From: a virus
Virus genome (UHGV): UHGV-0098759
Strand: one strand, 5' to 3'
DNA: 35,139 bases
Below the pieces are notes generated by a model. That model made no database searches, was not told where the DNA came from, and worked only from the letters and a program-made list of their open reading frames with translations. The position numbers and the translations under genes are program-made. This document shows positions 8,801 through 18,600 of the stretch, one piece after another. Position 1 is the stretch's first letter; every line of letters begins with the position of its first letter.

Positions 8801-9563
8801 TGTTTTCAATTGGTACTGATAAACCATATTTTTCATTTGTTAGGTAGTGGAAAATCTGGTCCACGCCGTTAGTGCTAGCCTCAATAGCATTGGTTTCAAG
8901 GTTACGAATCTTTAACCCGCAAACGTCTACTGCTACCTGGCTATTTGGCTGGAGAATATCAACACCAGCAGCAAGAGATTTGTCATCACGACGTAACACA
9001 ATACACATGGTTGCAATGCCGTTACCCTTGAAAGCGTCGGTCCAGTCTGAGCCTAAATGACGTTTTGCCAGCGACAAAGCGGTGTTAGGATTCTTGCCCG
9101 TGCGGAACTCGACTTCTAATACTTTACGATATTCTTCTTTAATGTTGCCCTTATCGAGAATACCATCACGGATCGTCATGTTCTTACCAACAAGAACATT
9201 TTTATTATCAATAAAGAGTGCTTTGTAATGGTCGATTTCACCCTCGGCTACAGAGAAGATTTGCACTAGCTTATTGTTTTCTTGCTTAGAAACTGCTTTG
9301 TAAACACAGTTTGTGCCAGTGCGGGTAGTACCGAAAACGACTGGTATCACCGCTTTCGGATCGTTTGATGTTCCTAGTGTCACCGCATTATCTGGGCTTT
9401 GTACTTTAGGTGTTTTTGGTGCGCCTACAGTGGAAGCGATCAAGGTCATTGCACCAGCAGCCATACCGATAGCGACTGCGGTCATAACAGAAAATGTTGC
9501 AGCAGCAGCCATCCCAGCAGACGCACCAGCAATAACCGCGCCTACCAATATTTCAAATCCCAT
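5817..9563 (-). CDS. central tail fibre / host-specificity protein, lambda J-like
   Basis: 1248 aa; the C-terminal ~150 aa (...DHKFDRQIVIP...VIDMPAGKGAVTLTF...) aligns by eye with the lambda J receptor-binding C-terminus; sits after M/L/K-like genes; start overlaps the K-like stop (TAATG). Confidence 0.85.
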   Translation of the reverse strand: MGFEILVGAVIAGASAGMAAAATFSVMTAVAIGMAAGAMTLIASTVGAPKTPKVQSPDNAVTLGTSNDPKAVIPVVFGTTRTGTNCVYKAVSKQENNKLVQIFSVAEGEIDHYKALFIDNKNVLVGKNMTIRDGILDKGNIKEEYRKVLEVEFRTGKNPNTALSLAKRHLGSDWTDAFKGNGIATMCIVLRRDDKSLAAGVDILQPNSQVAVDVCGLKIRNLETNAIEASTNGVDQIFHYLTNEKYGLSVPIENINVDSFLKVRKQVRQMDLHSNGACDPNASFKENLTSLMQTFGGVMFESFGRITLKLDAPDIVKHTFNEDNIMMGKVSLKTGGTNGYFNTINAMYQEPSIDYSEQMLRYPADAENDATVRADGRIIAKDVEYRFVKSKDQIDKLASIERNKSRITQVISFMTTDAFTAEVWDVISVTYDELKLNNSLWRITAIDRSIDSGIAGMMTITATEYNSQVYTDLNYAATPDNRPSGLPDSMTVQKPTNFRIKATGETIYGKNVTLTWDAPEDFNRYGFQIDYRVSGSPNWIKLGQTSQQIFSVNALAKDRSYDYRVCAFGIIARSDWVELINQNPTVTYELPTPVIRIKNQGSTPGTFEGNDLIIEWENQQQLDVEINGETNKFSDLFEAYIIKVTNKAGKSIQYRTRDPESWTYTLDMNQFNGLSRQLTVEVSAKGYNNSESAPARLVAINPQHKPMKGFSARGGFNTAFVSWADDVEHDYAGSIIQYATDNTFSDARAVSTNSVSHTSFDIADGDYYIRGAHYDIFGMDDAVWSEPYFMSMKSTISWDDQDKEALEDLIGLQDRLDETIADAIAQAGANADAKIDAMHKQITTETGQTVQASADTLKSLITSGDQASATKIDQVKAELKGDITKEVSASATTLKQAIATSEAASASKIDQVRVEMDGKIAGVNQEADVKIDALKGTINSKYNLAVNADGRVAGIHMSATNDPAQPTKIIFTADKIAVAPQNGTDVCPFGIEGNKVYLDNAMIRNAAIGTAQINDAAITTAKIGNAAINSAKIQDGAITNAKIVNGAIDNAKIGNYIQSSNWNGSTGWHINKNGSATFMNATVKGNITADSGTLNNVTINSSCVIKGMLEATQVKGDFVKVIGKKFPHRQQNWPDGTVTVRVEDDHKFDRQIVIPAIHHNGSVRRGESSDHWDTCRLIVKKNGSVLYDRTATSGSMYTGVIDMPAGKGAVTLTFQVICDGVNNYNPSAYISDLTVMVTKKATTGITVS

Positions 9564-9982
9564 TATTCACCCCCGAATCTATAAACTTGTTCATAGTCAA
9601 TGTCTGAAACAGGAATGGTCATCCAGATACCATCTTCTTCAACGAGGCCATAACCGGAATAATGAGGAACTACGGAATAATAATTACGGTTTCCTAATTT
9701 GTGGGCTGTGACCAGTAAATCGCCGTCCTGTAAATCATCAGTGACTAATTTGAAATGTTTCTTAATTGGTTGAAGGATATTTGAATACCCGCTTAATTCT
9801 TTGCAGATTTTCAAGCCTTCTTCTTTAGTTGAATATTTTTTATAAAGAGAATTATATAGATCAGTGCCAGCGAGAATATCGATGATCTTACATGCAATTA
9901 AATTGCAATCATTCTCACCCTGAACGAACTCCTGACCTATTAAAGAATTGATGTAATCGGTGATAAGCCTAGTTTTTAGCAT
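9563..9982 (-). CDS. tail tip assembly protein, lambda K-like (possible NlpC/P60-type Cys)
   Basis: Position between the L-like and J-like genes; GGAGG RBS before ATG 9982 (track ORF extends to 10138 but overlaps the upstream gene); Cys in ENDCNLIACK. Confidence 0.55.
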   Translation of the reverse strand: MLKTRLITDYINSLIGQEFVQGENDCNLIACKIIDILAGTDLYNSLYKKYSTKEEGLKICKELSGYSNILQPIKKHFKLVTDDLQDGDLLVTAHKLGNRNYYSVVPHYSGYGLVEEDGIWMTIPVSDIDYEQVYRFGGE

Positions 9983-10028
9983 GTTGAATACCTCCATGCT
10001 GTTATTTACTAGGCTTAGGGAGAAGGGA

Positions 10029-10682
10029 TTATTTCTTCGATGAATGCCACCTGCTTTCTGATTGCCAGCGACCCGCCCTTGAGAAGAATAGATCGTTCTC
10101 GTTTCCAACATAGGAACGGTGGATACCATCGGAGGCATGACTACGAGCGTTTTTATCTAGAACTTCCCAGATACTATTAAGCTGAAATTCTGATTCGTTT
10201 TTACACTCATCATCTTCATGTTCGATGTTAATCCCGATGGAATCGACTACCCCACGGAAAACAGGGTAAGTGGTTTCAACTTTGCCCGTGTTGGGGTTAA
10301 GGAAAACCATCTCGATTTTCACATCTGATTTATCGAATTGCTTGTTACGAATCAGGGTAATGTATTCTTCGCGAACGTTAGAAACAGTTACGTTGATCCC
10401 GTTGTTGTTGATCTCCTTCTCTTCGGTATTCGATGAGATTTGAAGAAAATCACCCGTTGCGAGATATGTAAAACCGTTATAGTCCAAATCGAAATACCCA
10501 TCTGTAAGCCGTAGAACGTCCCCTGACGCTGTTATCACTTCGATAATGTGAAACATCGATCCAGTGGAGAAAAGCTGCGGTAGCGTCAATCTAGACACAT
10601 TCTGACCTGTCTGGTCGTTGTAGACCTCGATGAAGTCCAGATTAGTGCATAGTTTGCTGAATGATTCCTGAATAGTTGCCAT
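10029..10682 (-). CDS. minor tail protein, lambda L-like
   Basis: Synteny; start MATIQ at 10682 overlaps the upstream stop (TAATG). Confidence 0.5.
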   Translation of the reverse strand: MATIQESFSKLCTNLDFIEVYNDQTGQNVSRLTLPQLFSTGSMFHIIEVITASGDVLRLTDGYFDLDYNGFTYLATGDFLQISSNTEEKEINNNGINVTVSNVREEYITLIRNKQFDKSDVKIEMVFLNPNTGKVETTYPVFRGVVDSIGINIEHEDDECKNESEFQLNSIWEVLDKNARSHASDGIHRSYVGNENDLFFSRAGRWQSESRWHSSKK

Positions 10683-11242
10683 TATACATTCTCCACTAAT
10701 TCGAATTTCATCTTGCCAATCTGGGCGATCTTCCAATCGATATTTTCAGTTTTGAGAACAAATTCACCTTCTACGTTCTGATACTTGATCACCTCACCCG
10801 CTAGGACGTTCTGACGCAAGTTAGGGAAGAGTTTCATTTCACCACCTGATTTCACATCTTCGGTGATCGTGTAGATTTTCTTGTGGTTCTCAAACTGGAT
10901 GATAGTTCCTGCTTTCAGTGTTCCGGTGAAGTTGGAGATTCTCACCTTACGCCCACCGCGAGCAGTACCAGCAGCAGCCGTAACCATCTGGCGTACATCA
11001 CCTGTATATTTTGAAAAGTAAGACAGTGGCACACTAAAAGGACGACCAAAAAGGTGACGTGCTACAAATTCTTTTACTTCGTTAATATCCTGAGCCATGA
11101 AATTAGCTGTAAATTCTGCTTCATAAAAATGAATACCAGTAAAGCGACGCTGGAACTTACCAGAAATAGATTGCGCCTTGAAGAAAGGTTGTTTTGATTT
11201 AAGAGTAAAATCTGTGATTTTAATATTCTTGGATTTGAACAT
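10682..11242 (-). CDS. distal tail protein, lambda M-like position
   Basis: Immediately downstream of the tape measure gene; ATG at 11242 preferred; track ORF starts at GTG 11278 inside the hairpin. Confidence 0.45.
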   Translation of the reverse strand: MFKSKNIKITDFTLKSKQPFFKAQSISGKFQRRFTGIHFYEAEFTANFMAQDINEVKEFVARHLFGRPFSVPLSYFSKYTGDVRQMVTAAAGTARGGRKVRISNFTGTLKAGTIIQFENHKKIYTITEDVKSGGEMKLFPNLRQNVLAGEVIKYQNVEGEFVLKTENIDWKIAQIGKMKFELVENV

Positions 11243-11249
11243 AGAAAAA

Positions 11250-11291
11250 GCCCCCATAGTTTTATGATTATTTATCACTATGGGGGCTTTT
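11250..11291 (-). terminator. strong stem-loop (11-bp stem GCCCCCATAGT/ACTATGGGGGC) plus U-run between tape measure and the next tail gene
   Basis: Perfect 11-bp stem with T/A-rich flanks; the 3' arm contains the GGGGG Shine-Dalgarno of the downstream gene. Confidence 0.55.
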
Positions 11292-11293
11292 AA

Positions 11294-13726
11294 TTACATC
11301 TTACGACGCTGAACGTCTTCTATCGCCTGAGCAACAAACTTAGCGTGACGTTTGATAGCATCCATAACCATCTTGTCTGAGCTATTAACGTTGCCGTTAA
11401 TGTTCAAAGGCGCATTAACTTCAATCGGCTGAGAGTTACCACCGCCTGATTTTTGAGCAGATAAGAAGTCTTTCAAATCACCGTTAGTACGCTGATCAAC
11501 TACTCGTTCACCCTTATCAAGCAACCATGTACCCTCACGAGGGATGTTATCAATACCATCATGAGCCATACCGCTAACGTTAGTAGACTTGATGTTTGCG
11601 ATGTTCCCCATGTTCTGAGAAACAGCCAATGCAGCAGCAGCAATTTTTTGACCTGTGGTGACGTTGGTCGGATCGTTCCATGCATCGGTAGCAGCCGTCC
11701 ACATGTTCACCGTCGCTTGTCCAATAGAGAATGCCTTATGAGCATTGAAAGCCATCTGCATAGCCTTTGTGTTTTCCTGCCCGAAGAGAGTCATTGCAGC
11801 AGCAAAACCGCCATACATATCATCGGCTATTGACTGGCGAGCATCAGCATATTTCTTTTCAATTGCAGCCATCCGTTTTTGATGGTTTTCATTGAGTTTT
11901 TCTAATGCTTCCATCCGTTTAGCCGGATCGGTGATCCCATCAATCTTGAGTAGTTTATCGGTCTTATAATCTTGTTCGGCTTCCGATTTCTCTTTATCGA
12001 TTGCATTAAATTTAGCAAACGGATTATTTGAGTCTTGATAATCAAATCCGCTGGTTAATTGATTGGTTTTAAAACCATCCATTCCCTGTAAAGCATTGCC
12101 AATTTGACTATAATTCTGATTGGTATCATTCACACGACGCATATATTCATCGTAGGAGATAGCCTTACCATCAAGTAACCGTTTATGGCTTTCTAACTCA
12201 TTGTCCCTGATTTGTTGCAATTGTGTTAAAGCATTCAGCGCATCAACAGGATCAGCACCTAAGACCATTTTGTATACGTTTTCAGTATTCTGATCGATTA
12301 AGGATTGGCGTTTCGCGGCTGCGTCTTGTTGAGAGATTAAGCCCAGATCTAAAGCAGTATCCAAATCTTTCAAGCTGGCTTCTAACTGCTTGTTTTGAGA
12401 AGCAATAGACGCTGCAACTTGCCCTTGCAATTTAACATCAAGTGCATTCAGACGCTTGATTGCATCCTCACGTTCTTTCTGTGCTTTTTCTGCGGCTTCC
12501 TTAGCCTTTTTAGCTGCCTCTTCCGCTTTCTTGCGTGCTTCTTCCTCGGCTTTCTTCTCGTTGCCAGATTTACCCAATGATTCTGGTCTTACTGGTTTAT
12601 TTGGTAGAGTTAAATCAGTGTTAGGATCTGCCTTGCGTGTCAGATGTTCACCAGCATCTACGACAATCAGAGCACCATTTTTCTTATAAGACCCACCAAA
12701 ACGTTTCTTAAATCCTTCTACATCAAAGCCAGCAGTACGAGGATCGACACCAGCACCACGGATCGCGGCCTTTTCCCAATCTGCTAGATTATTCCAACGC
12801 TTTTCTTTATTGTACTTGTCAATAATCTTTTGAGCGTCTTTATGGTTGGCGTTAAGAATACCACCAGTTGCGGTCTTGCCTTCTTTATTCAGTCGATCTA
12901 ATGCCCTGAATAGAGAACTCTTTTCCCAATCAATATTAAACCAGTCAAATAACCAGTTTAAGCTATCAACCAAAGGACCAGAAATGGTCATGCCGACACC
13001 TTTCAGGTTATTTTCCAGCTTATTGATATTTTGAGAAAATTTATCATATTTTTTAGCGTTTTCTTCGGTGACGTTAACAGATTGATTCTGAATAGCGATC
13101 ATCGCCTCTTGAGCACTATTATATTTCTCAAGCTGGCTGGTCATATGACTTGAATCACTGGCTAAAGATTCCATCATGAACTTGATTTCAGCCATTGATT
13201 TTCCGGCTTTCTTCATGTCATAGAACACTTGGATCGCCGCTTTCATACCACCTTGCGGATCAGTCATGAAGTGAGCATAGTTTTCTAACTTAAGGCCAAC
13301 CGATTCTAAGTCATCAGCAATACCACCACCGTTAGCCCATGCATCACCCATCTTATCTAAGGTGTCTTTGTTGATATCACCGAATTTTTCAACTGTTAGG
13401 CCAGTACCAGAAAATTCCTTTTCCAGTCTTTGAAGGGATTCAATCGAGAGTCCGGTCGCCTTAGATACTTCTGAATATTGTTTAACGTATTCCGCGCCAG
13501 CTTTAGCGGCTGCAACCACTGCGGTCGCAACTAAGCCGATACCACCAGCAGCCAAACCAGCAGAGCCAGCGATCCCACGAAGAGATCCAGTCAGACCAGA
13601 TAAGCCACCACCAAAATCAATACCACTTGCCTTTTCAGACAAACTATCGAGAAGGTCGGCGGCTTCATTGGTACTTCTCCTTAGACCTTTATTATCCCCT
13701 TCTATTGTTACTATATGTTTTGTCAT
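11294..13726 (-). CDS. tail tape measure protein
   Basis: 810 aa, extended coiled-coil and low-complexity composition; follows G/T-like chaperone ORFs; ATG at 13726. Confidence 0.8.
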   Translation of the reverse strand: MTKHIVTIEGDNKGLRRSTNEAADLLDSLSEKASGIDFGGGLSGLTGSLRGIAGSAGLAAGGIGLVATAVVAAAKAGAEYVKQYSEVSKATGLSIESLQRLEKEFSGTGLTVEKFGDINKDTLDKMGDAWANGGGIADDLESVGLKLENYAHFMTDPQGGMKAAIQVFYDMKKAGKSMAEIKFMMESLASDSSHMTSQLEKYNSAQEAMIAIQNQSVNVTEENAKKYDKFSQNINKLENNLKGVGMTISGPLVDSLNWLFDWFNIDWEKSSLFRALDRLNKEGKTATGGILNANHKDAQKIIDKYNKEKRWNNLADWEKAAIRGAGVDPRTAGFDVEGFKKRFGGSYKKNGALIVVDAGEHLTRKADPNTDLTLPNKPVRPESLGKSGNEKKAEEEARKKAEEAAKKAKEAAEKAQKEREDAIKRLNALDVKLQGQVAASIASQNKQLEASLKDLDTALDLGLISQQDAAAKRQSLIDQNTENVYKMVLGADPVDALNALTQLQQIRDNELESHKRLLDGKAISYDEYMRRVNDTNQNYSQIGNALQGMDGFKTNQLTSGFDYQDSNNPFAKFNAIDKEKSEAEQDYKTDKLLKIDGITDPAKRMEALEKLNENHQKRMAAIEKKYADARQSIADDMYGGFAAAMTLFGQENTKAMQMAFNAHKAFSIGQATVNMWTAATDAWNDPTNVTTGQKIAAAALAVSQNMGNIANIKSTNVSGMAHDGIDNIPREGTWLLDKGERVVDQRTNGDLKDFLSAQKSGGGNSQPIEVNAPLNINGNVNSSDKMVMDAIKRHAKFVAQAIEDVQRRKM

Positions 13727-13729
13727 AAA

Positions 13730-14128
13730 TTACCCCAATTGACCGCTCTTGAGCTTTTGTAATAATGAAGCGTCGAAATAACTATCAACCAAAGCAGAGT
13801 TACGTTCTTCCTCTTTCTTACGAGCAATTTTTTTTATTTCTTCTTGCGTTTTAAATTGCTTGTCGTCCTTAATCATTCGGAATTGGTTAACATTGATTTT
13901 ATTCAACCATTCACGAGTCATGTTAGGAGATGTAACGTGCATGTAATACATCGACTGTGCATGTCGCGCATCTTGATATAGGGGGCTTTGTGGTTCAAGA
14001 TATGTATCGAATATATGCAACGCCCAAAATAGCGTAATTGGCATATTATCCATCTCATCTTTACTCAAGCCCCGACGCATCATTTGCCGAAAATAAAAAT
14101 TCAAGAGCGGGTTTACTTTACCTCGTTT
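13730..14128 (-). CDS. tail assembly chaperone T-like frame, probably expressed as a G-T fusion by -1 frameshift
   Basis: This frame is open from 14128, has no SD-preceded ATG (track start is TTG 14104), and is -1 relative to the G frame; G GTA AAG lies just before the G stop. Confidence 0.45.
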   Translation of the reverse strand, partial: KRGKVNPLLNFYFRQMMRRGLSKDEMDNMPITLFWALHIFDTYLEPQSPLYQDARHAQSMYYMHVTSPNMTREWLNKINVNQFRMIKDDKQFKTQEEIKKIARKKEEERNSALVDSYFDASLLQKLKSGQLG

Positions 14129-14421
14129 TCAATTACCGCCGCATCTTTCATCAATGATGCTTGAGCAACTAAGCCGATTAATTCGCTGCGGACGCTAGTA
14201 TACAGTGCCTTAACTTGTTCAATAGATTCAAATACTGGCTTACCGTCTTCATCTTCAATACAACGAAGAATAGAGCGTTCATCGCGGTCTTTTTTATCAG
14301 TATTGAAAACATGTTCATTAAATTCTTGCACCGACATAGGGCGAGCATAGAACGTAAATCCGCCGAGGGTTAAAGATTCACGTTTCGGAGAAAGAGCTTT
14401 CAGCATTTCATTCAGATTCAT
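14113..14421 (-). CDS. tail assembly chaperone, lambda G-like
   Basis: 102-aa acidic protein directly upstream of the T-like frame and tape measure; RBS GAGGA. Confidence 0.5.
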   Translation of the reverse strand: MNLNEMLKALSPKRESLTLGGFTFYARPMSVQEFNEHVFNTDKKDRDERSILRCIEDEDGKPVFESIEQVKALYTSVRSELIGLVAQASLMKDAAVIENEVK

Positions 14422-14466
14422 TATTGTTTCCTCATTAATAGTGATTACGCTGTATTTATTTAGAAT

Positions 14467-14973
14467 TTAAGAGATTTTCAAAGTCTGCTTAGTGCCAGTT
14501 TTCTTAATATTTGTTAGGAAAGCAGCCGGAGGATTGCTTAACCAATAGTAATGAAAACCACTTTGCATACTGTTATAAGGAACAGTGACAGCAGCACCAC
14601 CCAAATTAACGGTTATATTCCCCGCTCTACCGTTCTGGAGATATACAGCCATAGTAGGAGTACCGCCATTGAATTGACCAACGATAACGCCAACCAGACG
14701 CCCTACGCCCACGTTTTCGGGGTTCTCCATAGATCCTTTGCTTTGCATACCGGAAACAGGATAGTTTGAAGCAGTTACACCCCAGTTATTACCCAATGAA
14801 GTAGACCACGATGCAGTAGCTACAACCGTATCCATACCACGACCAGCCATTGCCGACATATTACGCGGAGCCGGAACTTTTAAAGCTGTTAATGCTTCTT
14901 TCATCCATCGCTTACCCGTCACCGATACAGCAGATGACCCGATCCAGCCAGGAACTTTAACGACATTTGCCAT
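14467..14973 (-). CDS. hypothetical Gly/Ser/Ala-rich tail-region protein
   Basis: ORF with GGAG RBS; lies between the tail-tube-like gene and the G chaperone. Confidence 0.45.
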   Translation of the reverse strand: MANVVKVPGWIGSSAVSVTGKRWMKEALTALKVPAPRNMSAMAGRGMDTVVATASWSTSLGNNWGVTASNYPVSGMQSKGSMENPENVGVGRLVGVIVGQFNGGTPTMAVYLQNGRAGNITVNLGGAAVTVPYNSMQSGFHYYWLSNPPAAFLTNIKKTGTKQTLKIS

Positions 14974-14993
14974 TTTGATTACTCCAATAAAAA

Positions 14994-15020
14994 AGCCCCA
15001 CCATTAAGGCAGGGCTTAAA
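14994..15020 (-). terminator. intrinsic terminator after the tail-tube extension (AGCCCUGCC-loop-GGUGGGGCU, then U6)
   Basis: Stem contains G-U wobbles only when read on the minus-strand RNA; homologous in sequence to the terminator at 20926-20955. Confidence 0.55.
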
Positions 15021-15021
15021 A

Positions 15022-15147
15022 TTAATTCTTAGCCTTGCGGCCTCGTTTTGCTGTGGCTTTCGCCGTAACTTCTTCTACTTCTGGAATCACCACCGCTTCA
15101 TGTTCCGGCAGTGGTTCCGGTTCTGGTAAAGGAAGTTCTTCGTTAGT
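15022..15147 (-). CDS. in-frame post-TGA extension of the tail-tube protein (38 codons; ...EVEEVTAKATAKRGRKAKN)
   Basis: TGA at 15148-15150 is followed by 38 sense codons in frame ending at TAA 15022-15024; no ATG inside; homologous to the capsid extension. Confidence 0.5.
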   Translation of the reverse strand, partial: TNEELPLPEPEPLPEHEAVVIPEVEEVTAKATAKRGRKAKN

Positions 15148-15621
15148 TCATCCGGCAGTGAAGATTTGCTGTTTCAGCGGAGCACCATCAACAGCAAAGG
15201 TAAACTCTTTCGTTACCACTTCTTCATCGCCACCGTTCATAGCAACTTTAGAGATGAAGCCGTTGAAAGCTGTGCGAATACCAGTCTGTTTTGCTGCATC
15301 TACATAGTATTCAATCTTAATCTGAATTCGAGTACCGTCTTCGGCAGCTTTAATGAGCTTCTCGTGTACCGCATCACCAGGAATGTAGTTAACGGTCAGA
15401 GTCAGATCAGGAACGTTCAGTTTACCTACCAGCTTACGGTTATACTGAGAAGAGAAGGATTTAACTTCTACAGTGCCGCGCTCGATACCAGTTTCAGGAA
15501 AACCAGCACACTCTTTAATTTCTTCATAGCTTTCATGTGCAAGATTGGTGTTAGTGGTATCGGCGTGATAGAACATACTTACCAGACCACCAGTAAAAAT
15601 ATCTTTAAATTGCTGAGACAT
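15148..15621 (-). CDS. tail tube (major tail) protein-like, paralogue A
   Basis: 157 aa; canonical position upstream of the G/T chaperones; paralogous to the N-terminal 165 aa of the 19357..20190 product (shared DIFTG, LTLT.N, AED.T blocks); RBS AAGGGG; ends in TGA. Confidence 0.55.
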   Translation of the reverse strand: MSQQFKDIFTGGLVSMFYHADTTNTNLAHESYEEIKECAGFPETGIERGTVEVKSFSSQYNRKLVGKLNVPDLTLTVNYIPGDAVHEKLIKAAEDGTRIQIKIEYYVDAAKQTGIRTAFNGFISKVAMNGGDEEVVTKEFTFAVDGAPLKQQIFTAG

Positions 15622-15678
15622 AGAATTACCCCTTAATTAAAATTGTTTATAACGGGGGAACTAGTCCCCCGACTTTTA

Positions 15679-18600
15679 TTATTTAGTTGCTTTCAGTTCG
15701 GCAATTTCTTTCTGTAATGCTTCGATCTGTGTTTTATATTTGGCGTCCATTTCCTGCATAGCTTTAATAATCAAGGCATTAACAGCAGAGTTAGAAATAG
15801 TCTTGATTGCTTCCGGTTGTTCTGGATCTTCTGTGGATTGAATACCTACTGCTTCCGGCAATACTTTTTCCAGATCCTGAGCAATAATACCTACTTCGCG
15901 TTTAATCACCGTGTCATCGGAAAGAGATTTAACTTTATCGTAGGTGTAGACTTTCAGTGAGTTTACTTTCTCTAATGCACCGTCCTGTAATTCTTCCTTG
16001 TTAATCTTCAAACGGGAGTCAGAGCGAATGTAAACATCGTTAAAGCTACCGTTACGACCTGCGCTAAAATCACCCGCAGCGTTAAAGTCAAAGTTGGCGT
16101 CGTGAACGTTTAGGCGAGCTAAAGCATTGGTAATAGTACCACTAGGAACATGCACACCCATTGCCGCAATATGATATTTTCCCCAATGAGTCGCTTTCCA
16201 GATGTTATGAGCGGAATCGGTTGAGTTCGGACAGTCTACGAGGATTCCGGCAGAACGATCACGCCAGCTAGCCCAGCTACCACCAGCAACATTACCACGA
16301 ATCAAACCTTTATCAGACCCGCCGACAGTCCCCGCCTCAAGATGAATCATTTTATCAGCAAGTTTCCAAGTTTGACCTTGTTTCTGACCACGGAAGCGGA
16401 TAACACCAGCATCATCGCAGTACATCAAACCTAATTCTAAACCGTTCGGATCTCTAAACCATAAATGCTTATTACCACTGCGACGAAACTCAATATCAGC
16501 ACCGCCAACCTGTATATTGCTCGCAGTTTTTAATGTACCAGCAACAGAGAACAGGATAGGACCAGTTCCACCGTTTGTACGTTCGGTATACCAATGATAA
16601 CTAGTAGCATCCTTACATTCAAAAACCTGTTTGCGTTGCTCGTTACCCCATGTATGTAAGGTAAATTGAGACGCAGATCCACGATTAGCATCAAAGGCAA
16701 TCTCACCGGATTCTACACGCACGAAGCCTTTAAAACGTGCTGTGATATTGCCAGTACCCATAGCGCGTTCAGTGGTAAAGTGTGCACCCTGACTGTCTTC
16801 AATCTGTAGGATGTTATCGCGAGCGTTATTACTATCGCCCCAATGGTTAAACCGGAAGTAATCGCGGGATTGTCCAGCACCAGCATCAAATGTTAAATGT
16901 TGACCTTTGATGTAAGCGTTGCCAGAGAATCGAGCGGCCTTGCTTGCGCGTTCTAGAGTTAATACATCTTCGTTTCCATCACCACCTAATTGAACGTTAC
17001 CGGAAGTAAGATCGTAGATAAAAGGTCGATATGTATTCCAACCACCAAATCTATCATTTTCGGCAGTAGACAACAGATAAACTTTACCACCATCATTTCG
17101 CCAGAATGCACCATACTTACCGTAAATCATACGGAATGCATCAGCGTTAGCGGAATAATATTGACCATTGGTATATACAATTTTTGTTTTTCCTGTAGTC
17201 AAATTTACTTGTCCACTACCTTCCAAATCAAATGAGTTAGCACCAACATCATTACGCCACACAAAACCATCACTAGTACCATCCGCATGACCGATATAAC
17301 CACTACGTTGGTTTTTACCATCACGACGATCCCACCACGCCATATATGCAGCTTGACCAGTCTGTCGATGTAAAGTCATCGCATTACCACTACCGTGCAA
17401 TTCCATTTTACCAGTAATTACATATCCTTTATAATTACCCGGTATTGCACTATTAGAATCAATTCTAATAACTTCTGTAGAATCTGTAGCACCAGTAGCA
17501 AGACGATATACAGCACCCTGAACGGTTTCATGCCAAACCATTTCGTTATAGTTGCTACGGAATTTACGAATATATTTCCGTCCAGTACCTTTATCATTAC
17601 TTAGATGAACAATGTCATAGCTGTTTTGTGTGTTATCATCAAAACTTAACACACCACGTTTATTTTCAGTATTAAAAAGAGTTACGTTGCGACCACCGAT
17701 AACACCAACGGAAGGTTTAATTAACGTGGCTTCCGGCGTATCATAAACCGTCAAACTTACATAAACAGATTTCCCATATTCGACAATAACGTTATCGGTA
17801 TAACGCTGATATTTCACGTAGATATCATAGTTATCACCGGAAGTATTGACAGCAAATACCTCAAAATCTTTGTTTGTATTTCTACGGTATGCAATTACGT
17901 TAAGACCTTTAGGTCTATCGTTACCACTACGCAGAAGAATTTCTACTACGTCAACCTGATCATATGCCGTAACGTTGTAACCATTACCACCATGAATACG
18001 GAAAAACACACTACGCCCGTTTTGTGGAATTGTTGCGGTTGCCAATTTGAAATATGCAGATACGTTTTCGCTAGAATTGGGAACAGACATAACGACGTTT
18101 TTAACAAACATCTTATCAACTTCGGCTTTGGTGTATGCACCAATCTCGCCAGGAGTCGGCTTATCACCTTCGTGATACATCTTATAGCTAAAGTTCTTCT
18201 GTCCTTCTCTATCAAAACCATAGGTTTCAACACGAGATCCACCAGATGCATAACGGAAAGTAAATCCGCGACCGTGCGCTTTACCGGAAGAGTGAGGAAC
18301 GTTAAGAGTTAGATCCATGAGTCCATCTTGACCATTGGTACGGAAAGCACCAAAGTAGTTAAGATCTCGTGATGTCTGGTCTTCCAGATAGTTAGCTGTC
18401 TTGCTTAACAGATACCCACCATGCTTAGTATTGGTATTCTTCTTGATGTAAAGAGCATCATTGCTACCTTCAATACCATCAATTCGTTTGTTAGCGGCTG
18501 CAATTGCGGCATCAGTAGAAGATTTATTCTGGTCTACCTTGTTGTTAATTGCGGTATGGTTGCTATTAACAGTGCCAGTAAGATTGGTAATCTTAGTATC

